In this document: positions 53,837-64,000 of the stretch, in pieces
Numbering within the stretch: the stretch's first letter is position 1
How the letters are laid out: every line of letters begins with the position of its first letter
NCBI GenBank assembly: GCA_964247055.1
Contig: OZ176052.1
Location: forward strand, 10,602,001 to 10,666,000
Length of the DNA: 64,000 nt
Source: Paragordius varius
Lineage: Eukaryota; Animalia; Nematomorpha
Direction: 5' to 3'
Made by a program: the position numbers and the translations under genes
Notes under the pieces: model-generated
What the model saw: the letters and a program-made list of their open reading frames with translations, nothing else
What the model was told of the DNA's origin: nothing
Database searches by the model: none

Positions 53837-55344
53837 TGTTTATTTTTTATATTTTTTTAAATTTTTATGTTTTTACGCCATATTTAGCTTTGTACGAAAA
53901 AAAGCATATTTGAATAAATTTAATTGTTAAATTCTAAATTTAAATTGGTAAATTAATGTATTGCTTTTAAAAAAATTGATACTTGATATTAATACATAAT
54001 ATTTCCTTGTATTTTATAAATAATTACTTTGACTATACATGATTAATTAATGGAAAATAACGATTAAAGGCGAAAACTGGGGCAACATTATTTTTAATTA
54101 AATACACATTATGATGTTATTTCATATTTTTACATTTAAACCTTTTTTGAAAAATATTGCAAAACTCGAATATCTTATATCCATAAGATAGAAAAATTTT
54201 AGATTATAACTTGAAAGTAAGGCGTGATAAAAGTATTATCTACAACGATCGTTATCGATTCGTTGAAACCTTTGCATATTCGAGCACATTCGGCAATATC
54301 AATCAATTTTAGGGTTGGGTTTGTTGGTGTTTCAATCCAAAATATCTTATTTATTCAGTAAATATTGAAAAAAAATTAATGATACAAAATAATTTTAATG
54401 TAATAAAGTAAATATGTTTCCGTTTCTTCTTGCTCTATTGCTGCACAATAAAGGAGGAAAAACAACAAACAAAGTTTTTATATATTAATTAAGAAACATT
54501 TTTAGCCAATAATAAAGCTTACTGCTACGATATATATATTTCCCTATTTCTGTTTAATTGTTTGTAAACAATTAATATTTAACTTAAAAATATTTTTATA
54601 AAACTTTTGTCCTTGGCTGGAGGGCTTGTTTTATCTTTTCCGGTTGTGTTGCATCGACGAATGTAATGTCTAAACCCCATTTTCTCGCTACTTTATCCAA
54701 AAATCGGAATGTGCCTTAAAGCAATATTTATGTATTTACATAATAATCTGATTATTCATGTAATTTAAGCAAAAATTTGGCGTGTTAAAAATTAATTTAA
54801 AATAATATATAATTTGAGTTATCGATTGTGATTAAGGGAAAAAATAATAGATTTTACAGAAAAACGAGTTTCTTTAAATATAAAATTTTTTAAAATTTAT
54901 TAAATTTGTAAAAAAAAGATAAAAATACATACAGAATCGTTAACTATTAAAAATTTTATACCTCCATATACATCATCCACGCATAAGATATGGTCACCGG
55001 CCTCTGCCAACGCTACTATATTATTTAGGGCTGAAAGACCCGATGAATATGTTAAGCCATATTTTGCATTTTCGAGAGATGCTATGCATTGCTCCAAAGA
55101 TTCCCGAGTAGGATTTCCACTTCTGGAATAATCGTATTTCTGTGCGTAAAATCAAAAACAATTAATGTCAAAATAATTTTAATAATTTAGTAAAAATCAC
55201 CTCTGGTTTTCCAGGATAACGTTGTTTAAATGTTGTACTAAGTGATATGGGTGGAACTAATGGTAAAAAACTCCAATTTTCTGGATCTTGGCCTTCGTGA
55301 ATTGCACGTGTTGCAAAATGTTTGAAACCACCAACTCCTGACAT
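48787..55344 (-). CDS. CTH: Cystathionine gamma-lyase
   Basis: Nine exons from ATG 55344 ([21 protein letters not shown]) to stop 48787. Motifs [39 protein letters not shown] (PLP lysine), [28 protein letters not shown]. Confidence 0.95.
50597..50863. mobile_element. hAT (Charlie-like) MITE, 267 bp, in a CTH intron
   Basis: Termini cagtggttcccaacc ... ttttgggaaccactg. Same family as 39726 in the opposite orientation; TSD not preserved. Confidence 0.75.
50960..51550 (-). pseudogene. Tc1/IS630-type DDE transposase remnant
   Basis: ORF 51410-51198 contains [12 protein letters not shown]; the region is the reverse complement of 51900-52480. Confidence 0.75.
51560..52722 (+). mobile_element. Two tandem Tc1/IS630-type transposase remnants ending in a TIR
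   Basis: [12 protein letters not shown] encoded at ~51843-51878. The second copy carries RMFF(I)(D)ESGFSL..WGRAPKG and VCDNAPIHK. Terminal gggtgaatttgaattg repeats end aaatggtata at ~52720. Confidence 0.75.
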
Positions 55345-55420
55345 GATGCAAATATGAATGTTTGAAATAAACGCGTGTTTTGGTGGTGTATTCAAATGAA
55401 AAATTTTGATCGACAATGTA

Positions 55421-56458
55421 ATGTCTAAATTGCGAACAACAAAATTTATTGATTCACTTAAGCTGTTGGTAGCTGGTGGTAGAGGTGGGGATGGCTTAGC
55501 CAAATATAACGGCATTGGCGGAAATGGAGGCTCTATCATAGCTAAAGCTGCCCTTAAGACAAGCCTGAATAATGTTTATAAATTATATATGGGGAAAAAA
55601 GTATTAGCTTTACCTGGAGAAAATTCCAAAATGTTTGCGCTTAAAGGTCAAGATGGACGTGACACTTGTATATCCGTTCCGGTTGGTACCCAATTTTACG
55701 CTATGAACTATCAATTTGATAAATGGCAAGAATTTTACATTGGGGAAGTAGATAAGGTTGATCAACAACTCCTCTTGGCCAAAGGAGGCTGTGGTGGAAC
55801 CAAAGAAACATTTTACTCTGGTCAACCGGGTAAAAAGACTTTTGTTCGATTTGACCTAAAACTGCTGGCTGATGTTGGATTGGTTGGATTCCCTAATGCC
55901 GGTAAATCTACTTTGTTAAAAGCCATATCGAACGCCAACCCAAAAATTGCAAATTATCCTTTTACTACGCTTAAGCCTCAATTGGGTATGATGCAATATT
56001 CCGACCTACGACAAATTTCAATGGTAGATCTCCCCGGTCTTATTGAAGGGGCATCACAAAATCATGGTTTAGGCCACACATTTCTCAAACATATTGAAAG
56101 AACTAAACTTCTCGTCTACATCATTGATGTTTTTGGTTTTACCTTAGATTTATATTCTTCTCAGTTCCGATCCCCACTCGACTGTTTAAATTTGCTGACA
56201 AAAGAGGTCCAATTATATGATCCTGCCTTATTGGATAGACCAGCTATATTGCTTATCAATAAAATAGATCTCAACCCTAATTTTGACGTTCACGGCTTTT
56301 TAAACGAATATAAAAAGGGAGAAATGGATAATAAAATAAAATTTGATGATGTTATACCTATTTCTGCTAAAAGAAGTATAAATATTGAAACGGTTAAAGA
56401 CAAATTAAGGCATCTCTTGGATGATGTTGCAGTTAAAGCGATTCAAGCTTCTATTTAA
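55421..56458 (+). CDS. GTPBP10: GTP-binding protein 10 (Obg-family GTPase), 345 aa, intronless
   Basis: Single ORF with FIDSLKL...GG.GG, G1 DVGLVGFPNAGKS, G2 YPFTTLKP, G3 DLPGLIEGA, FLKHIERT and G4 NKID. The short Obg fold with SKMFALKG resembles GTPBP10 rather than MTG2. Confidence 0.92.
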   Translation: MSKLRTTKFIDSLKLLVAGGRGGDGLAKYNGIGGNGGSIIAKAALKTSLNNVYKLYMGKKVLALPGENSKMFALKGQDGRDTCISVPVGTQFYAMNYQFDKWQEFYIGEVDKVDQQLLLAKGGCGGTKETFYSGQPGKKTFVRFDLKLLADVGLVGFPNAGKSTLLKAISNANPKIANYPFTTLKPQLGMMQYSDLRQISMVDLPGLIEGASQNHGLGHTFLKHIERTKLLVYIIDVFGFTLDLYSSQFRSPLDCLNLLTKEVQLYDPALLDRPAILLINKIDLNPNFDVHGFLNEYKKGEMDNKIKFDDVIPISAKRSINIETVKDKLRHLLDDVAVKAIQASI

Positions 56459-56513
56459 TTATTACTTTTATTGTATATTAATAAATTTGGTTTATTTCTG
56501 CATTAGTATAACA

Positions 56514-59500
56514 TAATGTGACCAGATAGGCTGTTTTTCGCAGTACAGTACTGGGTTTTCACAAAAAAACTGCGCCTGTACTGCGCCCACTTTTGTACTG
56601 CTTTTTAAAATCAAAAAAATTAATTTTTAAATATACAAATTACCTTTTATTTATTCAAAAAATTAATTTAGAATTTAATATAGTACCCTCTGTAAAAATA
56701 ACCTCATAGTTTGTAAAGAAATCCTTTTTGAGGTACAAAACTAAAGATTGGCCTATTCTTAGTTAATGTTTTATTTTCTGCTCCTATTATACATAAAAGT
56801 TAGGATTACAGCCTTTCGCGCAGTGGCGAGACTATAAATCTCGGACTCCACACCGTATAATTCCGGCTAATGCTTTCACTCAGGTCCGAAAAAAGAGGTG
56901 CCTCAATACAAAATAATAAAAAAATTTATGATATTTTTATAAATGTTTGATAGTTTAGAAAGTTTATTTTTTGTTAAAATTATTAAACTAAAAATTATAT
57001 AGAAAAATTGAAAATTTATTATATATGGCATAAGATTTCAAAATATCCTGTTTTCGTATTAAAAAATTAAGATTTGTGGAAGGTATGATAATTCTTATTT
57101 TGCTAAACTTTAATTTTTATAAGTTATCTTATTTTTTTGCATTAAATTTGATATATTTTGTTGAAGCGTATTTCAAACTGTTTTGAAGCATGATGGAAAC
57201 GGTATAACGCTTTAAGATATAATAAAATCCTTTTTCCAAAAAATTCGATGATGTTGAACATTCAGAATTTTAATTTAAAGGTTTGGTTGCTTGCGAATTT
57301 TGGGGGATTTTTAGAAAAAACACAATTTTCATTTGACATAAATTTGAAAACGAACGAATATTTTAAACAAATGAGTGAGAAATTAGCATTTATATATTTA
57401 GATCAGTGATACTCAAACCGCGGCCCGCGGGCCGCATGCGGCCCTAAGAGTGCTTTAAAATTGCACTATGACCATATCGATACTTATATTATTTTTTTAA
57501 CACATAAACGAATTTTCGATTATTTTAATATTAATTTATTTTCTTTAGAAATTTTGGTAGTTTTTACCCAATTCGAAATGTAAAAAATTTTCCTACATTA
57601 AAATAATTTCAAAATTTTGGCACACGTTGCTTCTGTGTCTGTATTCTATTTTCTTTTCTATTTTGAAATTTTTATTGCAATCCTTTTTTGTATTTAAGCA
57701 AGCCTTTCACTTAAACTTGCATATACATATTCTTTTCATTGCTCTCCCGCCTCATTTTTTACAACTCTTTCCCATAAATTATTTTTCAAATAAACATCAT
57801 TAAATTTCAACTTGTTTTTTTATAGCGTAATATTTTTTGAAAAAATTTACATAATATTTAAACATAAATTCAAAAGATGACATCTAATGCTAAAAAACGT
57901 AAATTATCCGATGAAAATCGCCCTTTAAAAAAGAATGGGAAGAAATATTCTTTGTCGTTATAAATACAAATGTTGTTACCTACCTTATATGTAAGGACAA
58001 CATTATAATAAAAAAACAATATTGAAATTTTACAATCCATTTTTCTCATAAATTACCAGAAAATCATGAGGAAAAACGAAAAATATAAAAAGATTAAGGA
58101 ATTATACCAGAAAGGAAAATCTATTATGTCCATAACTTTCCCAGAAAAAAGTTGTATAATTAGCTTCGTATGAAATTTGTTATATTTTAGGAAAAAATAT
58201 GAAACCGTTTGTTGATTGCCAACTAAAAGAATGTCTAATAAATGGTTGCACTTTTTTATTTGATAAATTCCATATAAAGATCAAATCATGAGGCATATTA
58301 AAAACTTCAACTTTCTGCAACATGTGCTCGACGCATTGAAGATTAAATATATTTTTAACAATACATTATTGGCTCTGAAAAACTGCAAATATTTTAGTAA
58401 TGCTATTAATTTTAGCACTGATATTAGTACAACACCTCAATATGCGCTCTTCTTATTTGCAACGACAACATAATCAACGAATATTTAAAATTTTTACCAA
58501 TTAATAATACCATGAAAGGAAGTGATTTTCTCGAAATAATTAACACCTTTTTCGATAATAATGATATATCTATGAAAAAATGGTGTCAATCTGCACAGAT
58601 GGCTGTCCCTCTATGATTGGAATAATCAAAGGATTTATTCTTCTTTTGAAAAACAAATATAATTTACAAAATATTTTATCCTTTCACTGCTTTGTTCATC
58701 AAACTTGGTTTCGCGTGTAAAAGATGAATCACTCAATTCAGTAACGGTTGTGGATATAGTTAACCGCATCCGTGGCAGAGAATTCAACCGCTGTAAATTC
58801 AAAAACCTCCTGAAAGATATCGACAGTGAGTTTAATTATATTCTTTTGTACACTGCTGTGAGATGGCTATAGCAAAGTATTAAATAGATTTTTTGTTTTA
58901 AGACATGAAATTCTATTATTTATAAAAGACAACAGAAAGTTTGACGAGGAAATTAGTAACATAGGGTAGGTTTTATTAGCCTACCTTTGAAACATTACTT
59001 ATAAACTTTTTTAATACGTCGTCCAGGAAGCAAAATAATAACCCAAATTGTTAATGTAATATCTTTTAAAAATTAATAATTTAAACTAGATTTTATAAAT
59101 TAAACACTTCTATATTTTCCAACACTTAAAACGATTCATAAAAAATATATGGAATTTACCGCGGAGATTAATTTAATAATAGATCATCTAACATTTTTAT
59201 CTAATGAGATATAATTCAGATTTCAAAAATTAAATTATATTAAAAATTGCTTAAAACTCGTGGAAAATCCATGGCATATGGATATATTAAATATTAAACA
59301 ACTTGAGAGCATTTCGGTTTTGATCAGGCGCATATCATTGAAGACTTCGTAGGTTTAAAAATTCCAATTTGGATATTCAAAGAGAATCGTTGAGAAGAAA
59401 GATATGTAGAGTTTTGGCAAGATGTGCCAAATAAATATGAAAATATATAAAAATGTGCCCAAGTTATCCTAACTCTTTTTCACGTGTGAGACGTCATATT

Positions 59501-60333
59501 CAAAAATAAAATATGTCAAGAATACATACAGAAACCGCTTAATCGATGATCATATGGACGTATTAAGATTGGCCTGTCATGAGGTGAAACCAAATTTGTC
59601 AAAAATATTTGTTAATATCGAAATAAAAATTGTTATCAAAATATTTTAATTTTTTAAACTAAATGGTAAACCAGATTTTAGCTGGATTTACATGCGATCC
59701 GCAAAAAATTCATTGTGCTGACTTAGAGTATAAATATCTGCATATGTGTTAAATAGCTATAGAATATTTGCCATTATAAGGTTCATGGCCCTCGAAAAAA
59801 AAATATATTTTATTTGGCCCGTCAAATTTTTTTGGTGAGTACCACTGATTTAGATTGTTATAACATACCGTTTTTATATCGTTTCCATCATGCTCAAAAT
59901 TGTATGAATCGGAATTTTGCGTTTATTTAGAACAGTTTATTTTAATAGACCCAAAAATTTTGGACTTTTAGAGACTACATCTAAAAATTTAAATTTTTTA
60001 AAATATTGTTTCGCTTTTTATATGTAGTTTATGTTATTTTAGTGATATTTCTTGTAATTAAGCATTTATTCACCAAAAAATATTGAAAAAAATGCGCACC
60101 TTTTACAATTTTATACGGACCACTTACAACAAAAGTGTAAATAACTCCTTTTAATAATAAGGAAAACCAAAAGCACCATCATAATCCTGATATTTTCTTA
60201 TCAGAATATATATATATTTCATCGGGTTATTTTTTGTGGAAACTGTGTAATATACCACACTGATGGTGTAAAAACAGGCAAAGTATGATTTAATTTTGTA
60301 CTGCGTCCAAGTTTAAAATATTTGGTTACATTA
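56514..60333 (-). mobile_element. Non-autonomous hAT (Blackjack-like termini), copy 2, carrying a nested hAT
   Basis: Termini TAATGTGACCAGATA ... TATTTGGTTACATTA; 8-bp TSD GTATAACA at 56506-56513 and 60334-60341. Colinear reverse complement of 36641-38265 without the SINE. Confidence 0.88.
57404..59847 (+). mobile_element. hAT transposon (Buster/SPIN/GTF2IRD2-like) with decayed transposase
   Basis: TIRs cagtgatactca / tgagtaccactg; 8-bp TSD ATTTAGAT at 57396-57403 and 59848-59855. Fragmented motifs KKRKLSDENR, KNMKPF, CTDGCPSMIG, HCFVHQ, TAVRWL and CETSYSKIK, with stops and frameshifts. Confidence 0.9.
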
Positions 60334-61926
60334 GTATAACATCGTTTCATAATTAAATACGATATATCGTAAAACACTTTTTTTCAGATGGGACATATTT
60401 TAATCAATAGTTTATGATTTTTTTCCCTATAACGCGTTTCAATGGGGTACGGTTCGACGCAGCTTTATGCAGTTTAAAGTTCTGAACAATAGTCTTTTTT
60501 GTGCAGTTTCTCCATTCGTTGCTGTTTGATTGTTAAATCGCACCAAACCACATCTTAACAAGACTAATCGAGATTCATATAGAATCGGTCCAGAAAAATA
60601 TATCAGCTTCGCAATGGTAGAAACCTACTGTTTCGAACCAAATTATTTGGTAATATGTATAATATGCATTTTTATATGAGTTCCAAAAGTCTCACTTTTA
60701 GAAATCGAAGCTAGTGTTCTTGCACTAGGCGCAAAAAAAAATTTTGATTGATAATAAATACATACTTAAAATTTGTCAAAACGTATCAAATCATTATAAT
60801 GCATGCTGGGAATATAACGCTCTTTCCAGATAATAATTTAATACTGATAATTTATTATAATTCTTGGTTTAAAGATTAGTTAAATTTAATTATAGTTAAT
60901 ATAATTTTAAAAATATCTAAATAATATTTTAAACAAAATAAGACCTTAGAAATTTTTGAGAATTCGAATTATGTAGAAAAAGTAATTTTATATTATATCA
61001 AAATGTTTTTTACTATTCGTGAAATACCTTAAAATACGTTTTATAATTATTTTTTCAAAATTTGATAAAAAAGATTGATTTTGACGCAATATTTTTTGTG
61101 CATAACAAAGAGTTTTAACATGCCATCTCGGCGTTTTTGCTATTAAACGCAATAGCTCTTTTAATGACTTTTCAAAGTTGTTTTGCTTATTCGATCAATT
61201 TTACCTAAATTATTTGTCTAGAAATATTAAAGGCATTTCATAATAAATTTAAACAGGGAACCAGGCCGAAAAAAGTGAAACCATTCGGCCCAATAGAACC
61301 GGGTCCTGTTCTATATGGTTTCGATTCCGGTTTAAAGCCCTAATTTTAATACAATATATAGCAAATATGCCATAATTTTTTCGGTAATCTCGATAAAGTT
61401 GACCTAACTTTATAAATAATTTCCAAGTCCCAAAAGCGAAAGAAGGTACATAATTTTTTGGCATAAAACAATTATAATTCTGTTTAATCGGATTTAAATA
61501 AATGGATCACACAAATATAATCAAAAATAATTGATTTATTATTTATTATAATGTACATTAAATAATTTTAATATACTTAAAAAGCTCTTTAAAACTATAT
61601 TATACATATAAAATAAAGTAGAAAGAGTTCTTTAATCAACACTAAAAATGTATCACACGCCAGATTTTATAAATTTGTAAAATAATCCATAATAATTAAA
61701 TTTTTTGATAAAAAATATATTGCACAATATATTTGAGCATAACAGAGGTGAAAATTGCAAATATAATAAAATAAATTATATGTAATATATGGGGACGGAA
61801 GAATAAGACTTTATATAGATAACTTTTATGATTTATGGTTCAAAAAATACCATATAGAATTCTTTTTTATTCATTATGTTTCAATTTCTTGAACTACAAA
61901 AAAAGATAGTTATAGATGGTTATTCT

Positions 61927-63418
61927 TTACTCTTTTTTGAGATTTTTATAGAAGGGGGGTGTTATTGCGGGTTGTCTCATCCAACTTATTCCAATAAAAA
62001 CGACAATTAAAGCGGTTGAAGCCACAACTAAAGCAGCTGATGCTCCAATCACAGATAACATAAAGTTCCGTTGCTATAAGAAAAAATAAAATGCTTTGGA
62101 TTAAAAATATACGACAAAGCTTAAAAATAAAGAGTTACATTGATATTTTTTACAAAATCTTCATATGAAATTTATTATTAAGAGTGTTACCATTTCACAA
62201 CTCTATTTCCTATTTTACGGCCCACGATAGGTTATATTCAAAAACTCATGGTTTAAAAATAATGGTTGTCTTTTTTTGTCTAATTTTCATTTTCACTGTA
62301 AAATTTAGTTTTGTGATTTTATATAATAATAAAAAATACCGCTAATTCGTATTCCATTTTCGAGACAATCTCATCCCTAAATATGTAAAAGGGAATATAT
62401 ATGTAAAATTGTTCGGTGTTTAATAGAAAAAAAATAATTAGGTGTATATTTTCATATATGTTCTCTAAACTAACCGATAAATGTTATATCATTTTAAGAT
62501 AAGACATTTATAATTTGGTAACTTCTGATAAAAATTAATTCTAAAAATTAACAAATTAAAAATCATCAAACTTTAAACAAATTATTCAATATAAAACCAA
62601 AGTCTAATTGATAAGCTTAATCTCTATGGCATTTTAATTGTGATATCATGTTTTATACTTTTAATATATTTTTCATAAATACATTTTAAAAAACGCAATC
62701 AGCCTTTATTCCCTTTTAACTGCGCAAAATATAAAATCATATTTTCAGGTTAGTTGTTTTATAGAAGTCCGCACAAATTAGAGGTGCCTATTTTCAATTT
62801 ATTTATCATTCTCCTTAATTTAAAATTGGAAAAATGGTAAAATAGTTACAATGATGAAGCCTTTTGTGGAACTCGCTCGCCTCTAACTCTTGTTTTATAC
62901 CATCGGGATGCGAACGACATCAACTCATTGGCCGTGCAATTATCTGGTTGATTGTATAGATACATTTTGGATTTACGGAAGCTAATATAAAATATATTTT
63001 CAGTTAAGAATTGAAAAAATATATACATATATTGTAAAAAACAAGTACCTTTTTTTGTAATAAAATTGATTCTTTAAACATTATAAAAAAAGTAAACGCC
63101 TTTTTTTGTAAAATTTAAAAAAAATTCATGGGCAAAAACCAATGATTATTTTAATACTATATTCGAAAATTAATAAATTTTAATCCTAATATTAATTATA
63201 TCCGTATCAAACCATATCGTATATTTTAACAAAATCCAAGTCAAAAAATAAAATACGATAAATTTCGAAAAAATTAATTGTTACCGTAAAAAATGAGTAT
63301 TAAGAAAAATCATAATATTTACAAAATAAAAGCTGGAAATTCATGAATTCCGAATCGGTGCTCCAGTTCATCCGAGGCATCCACATCCACTTTACCAATA
63401 TTCATTTTACTGTTCAAT
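61927..63418 (-). CDS. Thioredoxin-fold transmembrane protein (TMX-like); 5' exons not resolved
   Basis: Exons 63418-63323, 62981-62849, 62376-62340, 62073-61927; phases consistent. NIGKVDVD...RFGIHEFPAFIFFRKSKMY.Y thioredoxin C-terminal half, then a TM helix and a lysine-rich end (KNLKKE*). CxxC site not found. Confidence 0.7.
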
Positions 63419-64000
63419 CTAAGCGATACAGTAAAAAATGAAATTATGCAGATATCAAACTTAAAGACAAAAAATATTTTTTATAATAGACGCCCAAAGT
63501 TTTTTCAATTATAAAATATTATATAATTAATTATGTTATTAATTTACATGTCAATTTCATATTTTGCACTTTAAAACAATAAGTTATATTTAAATAAATC
63601 AGCACAACACTTCCTTTTCAACTTTTTTTGTCTTAGTTTACCTTTTGGTTTTATATGCCAGCGCTCAATTTGTAAATAAACAACAGTTTTAAAAGTTTTT
63701 TCAGTTGAAATTTAATTAAACATTCTTTTCATATATATATAAAGAAGCTTATATTTTTTACAATTTGCCACGAGTCTAAAATTGGGACAGCTTTAAAACG
63801 CAATTATAACGAACAGCTGATATTAAAAAAATATATTATGTTGCTGGTAAAATATAGCCTGAAAACTTTTCAAATTAATTATTTGCATTTTTAACCATAA
63901 TATACATTTATTTGCGTTGCATTAGCGATTTAAAAAAAAATTTAGTAAGAAAATGGCGGCAAAAAAATTCGAAATGAGGATTTTTTTAAAAAAATTTTAA

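Noticed and set aside
2593-61464. Many 60-130 aa ORFs in the track, e.g. 2593, 3203, 5428, 14788, 20448, 23980, 37267, 50659, 58288, 61249, and antisense ORFs over real exons
   Set aside because: They fall in repeats or introns, or are shadows of exons on the other strand or frame; composition is low-complexity AT-driven (I/F/K/Y/N).

Overview
Very AT-rich animal (metazoan) nuclear DNA; the lineage cannot be assigned from this window. Eight protein-coding genes were rebuilt by hand from GT-AG sites with consistent intron phases: a class I bHLH E-protein (daughterless/TCF3-4-12 type, +), a secreted laccase-type multicopper oxidase (-), SLC35E1 (+), MED20 (-), an RFX transcription factor (+), cystathionine gamma-lyase (-), intronless GTPBP10 (+) and a partial TMX-like thioredoxin membrane protein (-). 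Between and within them lie many transposable elements: hAT elements and MITEs with 8-bp TSDs, foldback repeats, Tc1/IS630 remnants, a dead Gypsy element and a tRNA-derived SINE, including a three-level nested insertion. The most striking signal is a class of ultra-short GT-AG introns (21-27 nt). At least eight are supported by homology, six of them required to keep the reading frame open. They cluster in MED20 and the 5' parts of RFX and SLC35E1 and coexist with 60-120 nt and kb-sized introns in the same genes. MED20 and RFX start codons lie only 44 bp apart, head to head. All coordinates and protein-family calls are manual; no searches were run.
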